Source of the DNA: Pseudovirgaria hyperparasitica
Lineage: Eukaryota
Strand: one strand, 5' to 3'
Length of the DNA stretch: 64,000 nt
Assembly (NCBI GenBank): GCA_010093815.1
Contig: ML996578.1
Both the position numbers and the translations under genes were made by a program. This document shows, piece after piece, positions 24,596-37,198 of this stretch. The notes under the pieces are model-generated. The model saw nothing but the letters and a program-made list of their open reading frames with translations. It was not told the DNA's origin and did no database searches. How positions within the stretch are numbered: the stretch's first letter is position 1; the number at the start of each line of letters is the position of its first letter.

Positions 24596-26830
24596 CTATT
24601 CAATCCTCTTTTTGCCCTCCTCAAGGTACCCAAGTCGGGCATCACTCTTCCCTCGCTCATGCTTGTTGACATTGACCATACCACCAATGACTGGGGCGCT
24701 CTTCACATGTGCCAAAGCCTCTTGGTAGCTGTCTGTTGCCCATGGGGGTGTGTTGAGCTTTGGCCAATTCACCTGTAGCCTGTCAGTCTGGAGAGAAACA
24801 GATGCGTCGTCTAGTACTTACATAGAGCGTCCCATGTGACCAAATGAAGTAAAGGCACGCTACGGTCGAAACAAAGCATAATATCATAACCAGCCGAAGG
24901 GGCCAAACCATTGCGGTTGCGTCTCGTCGAGTGAAAGACCCTACGAAGACGAAGAATAGACTGGCAGCCAGAACATAAGGTATCGACTGAATGAAGAGGG
25001 GGCGTTGGTCGGCGAACTGGAAGCGCCCGCTAACGGATGTTGCGTCAGGAAGATATGCACCTAGAAACAAATCGTAGGCATCCTGTCTTGGTCCATCTAG
25101 AAAGTTGTTCTTGACGTAACGGGTGATCGAATTGTTAAGGTCCTGAAATTTGCCTGCATTGGTGCGATTTCCAGTACGGGTAAAGTCGGTCTTTAGAGCT
25201 CCTGTGCCAGAATATGCTCGTGAGACAACATCAGCATTGTCAGCCCATACATTTCGGAAAATGTACTCGAACTTGATGTCTCGCTCAACACTGCCTTGAT
25301 CGTCCATCAGTCCGAGGCCTACGAACATCCGGTTAAGGTAGAAACGGCCAAGCATACTCTGGACAACATTAGTGCGGTCCAAGCAGTCCATGCAGTTTGT
25401 CCGAACGACGGTCCTTTGCTGGTTTCGGACGTCCATACGACCTGTATCACCAGGCATATCGATACCATGGAAGTAATCGTCGCCAGTGAACCCTAATCTA
25501 CCTAACTCTTTCAAAAGTTCCAAAGTTCGATGCCATTTGAGACCCTTTGTCTCGTTGTGGAAATCGAAATAGATGTAAGTGAGCTTAGCGAATTCTGAGT
25601 CTGGGGGCGCCCGGAGAGTGTCAAACTTCTCATTTGATCTCTTGCTTGATTCGACCTTTTCTCGGGAACCAGGATTGAGGAGGTCGAACATCTGTTCGTA
25701 TGCTTCCTTGACCCTGCGCTCTCTGCCCTTCTGGTTCACGAGATTTACAAGAAAATTGTGACCGTATAGGTCAATCTGCTGTTCAAAGTGGCGACTTGCT
25801 GCGTCTCTTGCAGAATCAATGCCCCGTACCTCTAGCTTTGGTGTGTATTTGAGGGTGTTGACCTCAGCCCAGAAGACCGGGACACTGCCTCTGGTTTGTA
25901 CGAACGAAAGCACCTGAGTCTCCTTACCACTTTTGCCGCCGCCTACAGCTCCGCTAGCACCAAAGCCGCCTAGTCCAGTGGAATTATGGTTATTTAGAAT
26001 GATTATCTGCTCGGTCTCGTTGAAATTCGAGACGTTCCCCTGATCGTCGACGCCGCGAGAGAAGTAGCGAGTGCCGGCTCTGTGTCTTGACCTCCTCGTA
26101 ATTAGGACAAATGTTACTGGGGTATCATTCTGGCTACCGCGATTGCTTGTCTTGATCGATGTCTGCTTGATCTCCATCATGCCAAACATGACAGGTAGGA
26201 TATAGGGATCGAGAGCGGGCTGTGCGCCAAAGGACTGCCTTCCATAGCCAGACCCGGTTCCGGTACGGAAGTCTATGAGATCGGATTGCACGAATCTGTT
26301 CCAGAAGAATCTGTCGTCGGCACGCTTCCATAGTGGGGCAGATAGATCGGCATGCGCTTGTCGTTGGAAGCTATTGGTAAGGTCGAAGGAGTACGAGAAG
26401 TACATTGGGCCCTTCAACTGTGCTTTCACGAGCGACATGTATATATCCTCATCCGGGTCATGCAGTGGACGTTCGCGGAGTGGTAGGAGCTCAGTGGAGA
26501 TGACCTTGTATATCATATGTCCTTTTATGCGCCCCATAGGCTGTGCCTTGGTAATTACGATGATATAGGTGTCTGTACATCTTCTGGTCAGTATGCGCCC
26601 CTAAGCTGTCTAATGCTTCACGGACCTAAACGTAGCTTGATGATTCCGAGTATGCCAGCGATGCTAGACACTCTTTTTGATCCCAGAAGCTTGCCATCTT
26701 TCAGTCTAAAGTCTCCTGACGGTCTCTCTACTACCAAGGTTGGCGCAGACGGTGTTGAGGGTGACGAAAATGCGTAATAAGAGGGCGACGAGTGTACGTT
26801 GATATCCCTGAAGGGCAGTGTGGCAGCCAT
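24596..26830 (-). CDS. SAC1: Phosphoinositide phosphatase Sac1, 3 exons
   Basis: YFSYSFDLTNSFQRQ, RRSRHRAGTRYFSRG, QTRGSVP, catalytic RTNCMDCLDRTNVVQ, two C-terminal TM helices, and a final exon VNWPKL..GKKRIE. Intron 26573-26625 plus one near 24774-24821. Confidence 0.95.
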
Positions 26831-27725
26831 TGCGCGAAGTGAGACTTGATTAATTACGGAAAGAGCTTCAGTAATAGAACTCGGTCGCTGAAGAGGTTCT
26901 ATAACGGTGAGAAGAGACGATGGTGAGCCGTAAGATGCATAGAGAAGATGCGATGCCGTGATTGTGATCTCTAACAAACTTGTGGCCGCGGTCCAAAAGT
27001 AATTACACGCCCGCGCGCGGCCTGGTGACGCCAGCCACCAGTGAGCATCTGTCACTTGTCGAAAACCAGTCATTCTTGGCGCATGTGTCCGCGTCCACGT
27101 CTGATAGTGGGCGCATACCATTATATTCGCATAATTAAAAGCAGGTTTAGTATAGATAGAATCATCTCAATAAAAACTCATGTTAGTTATACAGATTCTT
27201 AATGAGAGATCGGTTTCAAGAGCTCCAGATACAAAGACCTAAGAAAGAATACAACATCTCTCTTGTTTCGCTATGTCTTGAAGGATTTGAGATATTCTAT
27301 TGCTTGAAATTAATTGGGAGATTGAGACTTATGGTCTATACAGCACATTTTATATATCTCACTCCATAAATCTATGTAAGATGTACGTTATGGAATCTCC
27401 TGTCTTAAGGTTTAATACTGAGATAAGAATGCACATGAGTGCCAAGAGTGATAGGATTTAGGTACCTAGGTAGGCAGCCTGTTCCAGCTTGTGACGGATG
27501 TGCCAAGCGCAAGCTCAAAGCCAGGCCTTCACATCACCACCGTTCAACAAAATCCAACATCAGACCGCCTCCCATCTCCCTGCACGAGTAACATCATCAC
27601 GACCCTCCACTCCTGTGCTACCTGAGGACCACCGAAATACCTATCGATCCTATCTCGAGTCTGCCCATTCGGCTGGGTTCCAGTGTTCGCCTCGTCCGCG
27701 ACCCTTTCCCTATCTTCCCCTCATA

Positions 27726-28609
27726 ATGGCCGCCAGAATGCAACAGGGTAGTCGCCCTGGTGGGAACTCTAGGTTCGCGCAGTTTAAGTTGGTGCTTCTA
27801 GGTATACTCTAACTCACCTCATATGATCTGTATATGTACTAAAACCAAAACAGGAGAGTCCGCTGTCGGAAAGGTATGTCGATGTCGCATAGGCAGCCGT
27901 GGAACAAGACACTGATAGCAGTTTGTAGAGTTCACTGGTCCTACGATTCGTTAAGGTGTGTTATGGATCGAATACCTCTTACACCTTCTTCTCGCGCATA
28001 ACTGACAACTCTGTAGGACCAATTTGACGACTACCGGGAGTCCACCATTGGCGCTGCGTTCCTCACCCAGACTATAGCTCTCGATGAGACTACCACAGTC
28101 AAGTTCGAGATATGGGACACCGCGGGCCAAGAACGCTATAAGTCCCTTGCACCCATGTACTACCGGAACGCAAACTGTGCCGTAGTAGTCTACGATATCA
28201 CACAATCTGTATGTCTTCTTGGCAGAAAGAGTAGAAGAGGATTCTAACCACATGACAGGCTTCTCTAGATAAAGCAAAAGCTTGGGTCAAGGAACTACAA
28301 CGACAAGCCAATGAGAACATAATAATCGCCCTCGCAGGCAACAAGTTGGATTTGGTCACCGAGAGCCCGGATAAGCGTGCTATATCGACCGCTGACGCCG
28401 AGCAATACGCAAAAGAAGCCGGTCTTCTCTTTTTTGAGACATCTGCAAAGACTTCCGAGAACGTGAGAGAACTCTTCACGGCCATTGCGAAGAAGCTACC
28501 GCTAGATCAAGCTGGTCCTCGAAACATCCGATCTGGGCCTCGCGCTGGCGTCGATTTGAGTGGTCGCGAGAATCCTGGCACTCAAGGTGGTAACGGATGC
28601 AACTGCTAG
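27726..28609 (+). CDS. rab5: Rab5-family GTPase (Ypt52/RabB-like), 5 exons including two micro-exons
   Basis: [66 protein letters not shown]-terminal CNC. Micro-exons at 27854-27873 and 27929-27955. Confidence 0.95.
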
Positions 28610-28956
28610 AGCTGCTCGAGCAGACGTTCTCTTCTCTTGAGCCCTCCGTGACTTGAGACGCGGACGCGATACTAGAGAGACGCCAAGCGGTTTCAGAACT
28701 TTACATTATATCTACATTTTCTGGGTCAGGTGCATACGGCGTGTTTGGTACAGTAGGACGGTCGTTCGCAAGTCTGAAGATCGATGGACTGTTCATGGGT
28801 TTCGGCTCTTGCCTTTACGAACTTAATCACATATCATTGCAGTAGACCCGTTTGCAGAATGTCGTTTATCCCATTTACCCATACATGTACATTTCCGAAG
28901 CATGCACGTACTAATGTCAATACACGCGATGATCTGCAGACATATCGTTGTAATGC

Positions 28957-29728
28957 TTACCTCCTCCAGCCCAAGTCACGAACAGCGGCGAGAATGCCCC
29001 TATCCTCACTGTCTTCAAGCACACTTTTCGAATCACCCCCTTTGCCAAAAGCTTTCTTCGCCGTATCTTCCACCTTTTCAACAACGCCTTTCGCACCCTC
29101 TTCCACCTTCTGCACGGCCCCTTTCTCCTCATCACCAGTCGCCGCCATCCCAAGCGCCTTCCGCGTCTTCTCATCCCGTACCCTCTCCATCTCCACCCTC
29201 TTCATCATCCGCGCCTTGACCTCCCGCCCATCCTCATCCCTCCGCTCCAACTCCTGCACCCAGGCATCGCGCTTCTCCTGCCTCTTGCGCATCTGCACCA
29301 GCCCATCATACTCCTTGCGCTTCTCGCGGTCCTTCTGCCAGTACACGCTGCCGACCAGGATCGACAGCAGCGTGAAGCCCTGGGCGTAGATCCGACGGCG
29401 GAACATGACGTTTGCGCGCGCGTGGTCGCCGCTGCGGATCGATTTTGTGGCACCGAGGAGGGCGGCGCAGGTCAGGCCGCAGCCGAGTGGGACGAGGGGC
29501 TCTTCCATGCAGCGCCGCTTGAGCATGCCCCAGACGGACTCTTCGTAGAATTCGCTGTAGGTGGGTTTGGTTAGTTTCTGGGGTGGGATGGAGGAAGGGA
29601 AAGAAAGGGGGATTGGGAGGGGGAGGAGGAGGAGGAGGAGGGAGGAGATTATTATGGAAAACGTACACATCGCCGTCGAAGGACGAGGGCATAGGCGCAT
29701 CTGATGGGGGTGCGTTTGGAGGGTCCAT
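28957..29728 (-). CDS. RCF1: Respiratory supercomplex factor 1 (HIG1 domain), 2 exons
   Basis: PMPSSFDGDV/EFYEE, EEPLVPLG, MFRRRIYAQGFT, EKRDAWVQELERRD. Intron at 29555-29666. Confidence 0.92.
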
Positions 29729-30184
29729 GGTGTGTGACGTTGGTACGGCTATATCGTATGTGTAGGTGATTCGGCCAGGTCTACAGATGTAGTCTTGATT
29801 AAGGCATTGGATGTGTGTTCTATAGTCTCAATCGAACAGCAACCAGTAAGCGCGTGTGGGTCGTTGGATATCTGTTGCTTGCTTCTGGCTCACAGAGGAG
29901 TGGTGATTTCATCGACATATAAAGCTAGAGGTAATTACGGAACGATAGAAGAGCTCGGGAGCTAGGTTGTCCGCCCCGATGTTCATCCGACGCGTTGAAC
30001 GTCAACCAACTCCTGGCGACGGCTAAGTGCAGCTGCAGGACCTCACAGCTCTGGGCTTACACACAACACTCAGTAATTGATTGTTTCCTCGCTTGTCCAA
30101 TTCCCACATGAACCGGTGCAGCTTCCCATCGTCTCAAATTCCTCCGCATGCTTAAACCATCCCAACCGGCCCTCGTGCTTGACT

Positions 30185-31245
30185 ATGAACGATGAGGCGG
30201 GGCCATCGGGAACACAGCGGCCACACCTGGAAGATGACACCTCGGAACCACATAGACTGTCGGAGCAGAATGAAGGCGCAGATGGAAGAGAGGCGAGCGC
30301 GAACCAAATTGAGATGCGCAAGAGGTTTGATCAGTTCAGGAGGCAGGCGTGTCTGAAAACATTGCTTGACGACTTTGACGCCGCCATCATGGCGCAGATG
30401 GCAATCTTATATTGTCTAGAGTACGACTCACTCCCGTATCGTTCTTTGGCTAGCTTCATTGTTAATTGTAGTTTCGCAGCTGCTCACTCTTTCGCTTCTT
30501 GTGCCGCGCCGCGGTTCAGTTTGCAATACTCACGCCGCGTCCAGCGAACGCTCCTAAGCTTGCTACACCAACGCCGTACGTTGGTTTGATATTCGGAACA
30601 AACATACTCATCCTCATCTTCCACATGGTCCTCCCGCATCCTGAGGCTGGCGAGATGACAAGAGGGTATCTTCACGGCGGTGCATTGATTGACTTCATTG
30701 GCACCGAAGGCCCTGTTTCAAAGACGTATCTTGTTTTACTTGACCTTTCAATCCTCGTGCTACAATGCATCATGTTATCAGCGCACATCAAAAGGAAGCG
30801 CGTAATACAAACGCTCGGCATCTCTCAGCGCGGTGACCCAGACATTGGTCAGGATGAGAATGCCAGTGCAGACGTCGCAAGACCAAGTGAGGATTTGGAG
30901 CTGGCCAACGAGCAAGACCACGATGCCGAGGAACGTGGCGTGTACCGTGCCGACTCTCCAGATCGTGAGGCGGATGTTGAAGCCAGGAATGCTACGGCTG
31001 AGTCAGCCATACCACCTCACCTGGACGTGGACGCGCTACCCTCGGGACAAGTGATAGTTGCGGATCTGTATGTGTTGACGACTATTCGTGAGCAGTTTAT
31101 TGTGTTCCGAAACGCCCGTCGAGCGGCATCATCCACCCCCTCAAACGGGGCGACTGGCCCCAGCATGACTACAAATTTCATCAATGCTGGGCGAAGAGTA
31201 GGGCTACAGGCAACACTACAGAGACAAGCAAGGGCAGGAGGTTGA
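30185..31245 (+). CDS. DUF1746 membrane protein (Dsc4/Vld1-like subunit of the DSC ubiquitin ligase), 2 exons
   Basis: LYCLD/CSLFRFLCRA across intron 30421-30479. Also PEAGEMTRGYLHGGALIDFIG and EQDHDAEERGV. Confidence 0.8.
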
Positions 31246-33681
31246 CGGCCCTTTCAAATGACATGACCATCAAAATCATAGTTGCGATAGACACCCTTGA
31301 CCTCGGCGACTTGAGCAAAGAAGAATCTTCACAACAATGCCTGCTCGTATCATGCCAAGCGTCTCACCATCCAAGACCCGATCCCAGAACGGTAATCCGC
31401 CTATGCTCAGACCCTACGTATTTCAGAGTCCAGAACACCTCTCGCAAACCCTGTCTGTCCTGATTGATGGGTCATCGCATTTCCAAAGGCGCTTCGGCCA
31501 TTGATCAGCTGCAGCCACAATACCAAGACTGGCTAACAGGGAGCCCGGCAGCAATCATGCTCGTCGTAATCCATCGTCATACCTTGGTAATCCAGCGTAG
31601 AACAGGACCGGGAGGCTCTCAGGGTTCAATATATTGCAAACCCCGGAACACAAGTCAGGACATGCCGCTTTGCAAATTGGCAATCTGCAGATCCTGATGG
31701 AAGCGCTCTAGCAGTGGCGCGCGATCACGACTGCAGCTTGCGCACGCTGTCCCTGCGGCAGTGCTGGACCTCGACCTGGCCAGGGCTCGGAGCCTACGCT
31801 CATATAAGCCGGGCAGACACGGCAAGAGTGGACACTTGGCACGCCGACCCGGCCGCGGAAGCAGGAAGCCGCTTGCGCCATCCGAAGAAAGCAAGCGTAG
31901 GACAATGTCGTCAAAGCTGCGACAGGCTAAAGAAGAAACCGCTTCTAAAAGGCTAAGAGAAGAACGAAAGAAGAACGAGGGAAGAAGGGAAATTTGGCCG
32001 ATGGGCGCCGGTGCCTCTAAGTCCGTCTCGCCGAATACGTAGCTTAGGAGAAGAAACAAGAAGGGGCTTTTGTGCGCTGGGGTGGTTTGGCGTTGCGAGT
32101 GGGAAAGGGGCCAGGGTATCTGAGGGGGAAGTAGAACGAGCAGGACCTTGCACGGAACGGGAATGGTCCAAAGCGTCTGGCGTATGAAGACTATAAAGCG
32201 GTGTCTTGACGGGGTGGCGGGCCTATGACCCGGTGTTTTGGAACTCTGGCAGCAAGCTAGACAGGTACTGGGGGTGCCATTGGGAGGGTGTTTAGCTGTG
32301 GATCATAATAACCACTGCTTCCAAGCCCTCTCTCCAAGAGCGCTGGCTGGTAAAGTTACACGAAAACGAGAGCGATGATTGTTGTCGATCATGTTCAAGA
32401 AAGCAGATGATATATTTGATATATCGTGTAGAAAGCACGTGTCTTGGTGTAGTGTTGTAGCACGAGATCTAGCACAAGATCTCGCATCGCATCCATCGTC
32501 GTCGTGCAGCTCGCCAGTGTAGCAATGCTTGGCATCTGATCGATCAGCGGGCGTCGCTGTGGCCATACAGCAACGCAGCGCGAGTCATGGGGCGCGCATA
32601 TCCAGGAACGCCAGTCCTCGGGACGCACGACCAGTCAGCTGCCGGCATGCTGCTTAGGCGAATACGGGAGTCTCTTAGGGCCTCTTTTGCTTTGTTGAGG
32701 GGGGAGGGGGGGGGAGGGGGTCAAAGGAGGGGAATAAGGGGAAAGTCTCACTGCCAGCTCGAGTACCGTGCCAGGGGGGGGGGACGGTCGGTAGTCTAAA
32801 CAATGCAAATCTGGCTACTGGGCTTACGCTGCAGGAACGGACCGACTACGAATATCACTTTCTTTATCTCACCTACCAAACCCCCCTCCCTCCTCTTTAC
32901 ATCTTCACATCTACCCAATCTGAGTCGCTGGGAACAAGATTGAGGCGACAGGGCGCGGTCCGTCGCCTCGCCACATGGGATGTGCCCGGCCATGTGCGTG
33001 TGCGGGCAGTTGATTGAAGGATTCGTGCTGCGTGAGCAGGGGTGGGTCGATATCTGGGTCCTATACTAAAGCACGCAGGCTGTCTCCTGCTATCTATTCG
33101 TGTAATGAGAGGTTGTCAAGTGCGTGCTGTATGCACATGGCCATCATATGCGCAGGCGATGAATCGATAGAGGCTAAGTGCATCCTCTGCAGCAACCTAA
33201 GCAGTTAGCTTCCCAGGCAAGCGGATGCAGCCTGCGACTAGTCCTTACTATGCATGTCGATGCGCCGGCCGAGGTGGTGCATAATAACAACCGCCCCGAA
33301 GGATTGATGATGCTCTTGGAGGTAATAAGCCAGACAAGTTTCGATGCTGTATGCATGGGTTGCTGGGTGCGCTCAGCGAGGATTGCCCCATCGCCGGATA
33401 CAGCACTACCGACAGGAATCCAGTAGGACGGTTCTGGGGCGCAACGGAGGATTTGCATCGTTGCCAAAGTGGGATTGGTTGATGGGTGAGGGGTGCATAC
33501 TATAGTAGCATTGCCAGTCGAAGGATCTGTACACCAGGTATCCTGTAGACGGGGCGGCGTGAAGGTGAAACACACACCCACGAATTCCAACAAGGCAGAC
33601 ATTGTGGGACTGTGGCACTATCAGACACGACCTCGGCTTCTCGCCCATCGATGAAGGTGCACTTTGACTTGAGAAGAGATC

Positions 33682-33864
33682 GTGAGGCACCAGGAGGCAT
33701 CGTGAGGCATCATGAGGCGGTGAGGTCAGGTGACTGGGTCAGTATATCTAGGCTAGCTTAGGGAGCACAATGCTGCCCTGGCCTGAGTCCATTGAATGCC
33801 TGAGGGTGCCTTAAAATGCCTGAGGATGCCTTGGAATGCCTGAGGGTGCCTGAGGATGCCTGAA
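33682..33864. repeat. Two opposed degenerate ~10-bp arrays (GAGGCA-type, then TGCCT-type)
   Basis: gtgaggcacc aggaggcatc gtgaggcatc atgagg at 33682-33725, and about 7 units such as tgcctgaggg / tgcctgagga at 33797-33864. Confidence 0.7.
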
Positions 33865-36800
33865 TCCACAGGCACATCTCAGAGCAAGAGAGCAGTAGGA
33901 ACTTAATAGTCGTAGTGCTGCCCGTAGCCGCACCACAAAGAATGATGGCATGATGATTGCGTGATGGCCATGATTGCGTGACAAGCAGTACCGTATTGCA
34001 GTACCATGGTTGAACAGACCGCCCGAAGATGGTGACACTTCTGACAGGCTGCTGTTGTTCTGCTATCGACTGTTCAGTATTAGCTGGCAATGTTGGGCGG
34101 ATATGCGTTGGGTGACTCGGACGGGCGACGGGTCCATGTTGGGCATCATCCCTGATACTAAAAGTCAACGCTACCTATGCTTTGGCCTCGTCATTTCTTG
34201 TTCCTCCACGACCTTTGTGCTTGACTTGCAGGCTTGAAGCCTTGTTAGCACCCAGACTTTGTTGCAAAACCAACAAACCACCCTGGTCTATACCGCATCA
34301 TCCTTTTAAACCCCTGTGTTTCCTCCTCTTGCATCCGCCCGGTCCTTGGACGCTCCCACCTCCCTCCTGATTCCCAAAAGTACGGTCTTTGAATGTCTGT
34401 AGACCACCTGCTGGCTCTGCTTGCTGGCGAAGGACTGTCAAGAGAACGAACCTTGTGATTCGTCGTGGTGCATAGCGTCCTAGCACTTCAACTTCTGCAC
34501 GGACGATATGTCTATCATGCCATCTCATGCCAGCCATTTTGACAGCTCTGACAAGTAGGCAGATGCCTGTAGCAAAGTTTAAGCTTTGTATCGGTCCGCA
34601 GTTGTGAATCTTGATATTACAATGTCCAGATCTTGTTCCTGCCTTAAGGCATCTTGTGCACGCCCACTGTACCTGCATCTTGACCCATACTTGGTGTGCG
34701 GCCGTGCCGCTACACGGAAGTCGACTTCTTTGTCAGAATCAAATACGAATATGTTCTGTCTTCGTTGATTTGCTGAAGCATCGGCCACCTCTATCGTGTT
34801 AAGATATTGGACCGAAGAACATGCTGATTAATTAGCGAGCGGCTTCGTGTTCCGTCCATGCTCCCGCGCCGTTTTGTCGACGTAGCCTTCACTTTTGGTC
34901 CTACGGTGGGCATCCGCAATTTTCGAGCCAATAGCGGCTTGAAAGCACACCCTGTTTCAGCAAGCCTGTACCGAATGGCACGGGTATGTTGCTCCCCCGC
35001 ATCGCGCTACCAGCTTCTCGCTCGCATGCTGGGCCCCCTTCTATAACATCGCGGTGCACCTGCCCAGTGCCAACCATTGACTTCACCTTGTCATGTCTCC
35101 TTTTGTGAACTCTTGCTGCCCAAACCACACCCTGAGGAACGTGCCGCGTTCATCGGTCGCTGGTGTTATCCACTTCCCTTTTATGCGACCGAGTTCAATG
35201 TTCTACCAGACCTCTAGCGACACCGGATATATAGCTTCAAGAACGATAAAGGATTGTCCGAGGGGAAGCTTCTGTGGCGTATGAGTCTCCACTACTAATT
35301 CTCGATCCTTGCTTCTTCGCTGATAGTACTACGGCTTGCCGACTGTGCCACTCTATAGTACGAGTACTAGGCGCACGATCGAAGACCGCACCTCAGTACA
35401 ATTCATAGTATGCATCAACGTGACAGTCTGCTTCGCTATCTTATGAGCTAGTGTGGGAGATTGGTTGCTGCGCATGGCTCACGAGCGATATAGGTAGACA
35501 GAATCTTGCATTGTCGTCTGCCTCTTCCTTTGTGCTTTCGCTGGTTCCAATTCTGGACAGATTCTTCCATGCTCGGGATGTCGAGTACATGTGACATGAA
35601 GTTGAACTGCCATAGTCTCATTTCAACAGTCAGATGGTCTAGATCTGTTTCGATGCAAAGTGTGTGACTTGTGCCGTGATGAGACATTCTCACAGTTCAG
35701 GGACGGGAGGCAAAGAGAGTGACACATCGGGATGTGTTATCCACCTTCCGATAATGATTGTACTAGACGACCACCAGTGTGGTTCAGCCGTTGCGGATCG
35801 ATTATCGAGAGGTCCTTACGATTAGGTATTGCCAGTTGCAGCGTGAAGCTGAGCAAGCCTAGACAATGGCAAGGAGCTACGTAAGGCAGCGGACAACATC
35901 GGCATCTTCGTCGTCATGCGAGTGAAATGAGTTGGCTTACTCAGTGTTTCCGCAAGAGCAATGCCATCAAGTGAAGCTTTGCGATTCTCACGGTGGGATA
36001 GCCTGGTGACGCTACAACATGTCAGGAATTTCACTCGCCGTTTCGATGTGGACAACGTTGAGGCTCGGAGCATAAGGCGTAGTGGGTGATCTTAGCCGGC
36101 GCTCGAAATTTTCAAAAGAGATTGGTGGCCGGTGTGCAGCTTGATTGATTCAGGATCCACAATTTATAAGAGCTTAAGATGAGCCTAGAGTGAAGTAGGG
36201 CGGTGCAGCTTGTGTAGAGCGAGGTGATCACTCGAACCTGCGCTATGTTGCATCATGCCAAGTCAATGAGGGGACAGGAGGATGGATATTTGAATCAGGT
36301 CGTTGAAAATGGGTATGAGACGATGTTGGAAAATGTTGACAGTCTCGTTAACACACGCACGCGGTTATGAGATCTGCATCCACCTTGCCCCTTGCACTTT
36401 CCCTTTTCGTGTTGCGTTTGTGCCGTCATAGGTAGCTCTGGCGTAGGTAATCCTCAGCTTCCAGTCGTCCAGTGCACATGCTTTGTTCGGCTCCAATAGA
36501 ACTACATGCAAAATATATTGCTGAGGAGAGGTTGTTTTATATGTCGATCCTAAAACTACAAGGTTGTTTAAGCAGTGATTACAGTCTGACAACCCTAGAC
36601 TAGCCCGCCCGGTGACCCCATAAAGCTAAACAGAAACGGAAATACGCTCAATTTGATCCACCACCAAACTCAAGGAAACAATGACTTGACCGTGAGGTCG
36701 TTGCTCTTGATGCAATGCAAGAAAAAGAAACTAAGAGCGAGTGACACGCACATAGAATGCCTCCCAAGTAGGAATGATGCCTTCCATCCTGACCCATAAA

Positions 36801-37198
36801 TGTGTTGCAAAACATATGCCGAGACCGTCTCGTTGACGAAGCCGCCCCAAAAACAATAAAAAATAAAGACATGCTGTCCACCATTGTCCCCAAAAATAGG
36901 CCGTAGAATATTGATAAACGGGTATAAAACAGTATAGAAGATGATTTTTACGCAGAAACTTTCGGTCTCAACCCCGTGCGCTGCCATAGTTAAAAGACCT
37001 AAAATCGGTTAGGCTTTGACTGTCTTGAGTCCAGCAAAGAGACATTCGAGGCTTCCCTGCCGTCTCATCGTGGTGTCGCAATCTGTAGTCGTCACGTCGA
37101 TCTGCGTGGGTAGTGACTTATAGTCGCATCTAAGAGAACACGGCTGTCACGACGCTTCCATGTTGGTAAGTCTTTACAGGAGCACTGGCCCCGCGGAT

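Noticed and set aside
28911..28960. Possible intron (GTAAGC..TAG) overlapping the RCF1 stop codon, giving an extended C-terminus
   Set aside because: Weak branch site very close to the acceptor; the extension has no recognisable signal and the unspliced end is plausible.
31300..37100. Many 60-140 aa ORFs downstream of the bZIP gene
   Set aside because: Mostly non-ATG starts, overlapping on both strands, with no domain signatures.
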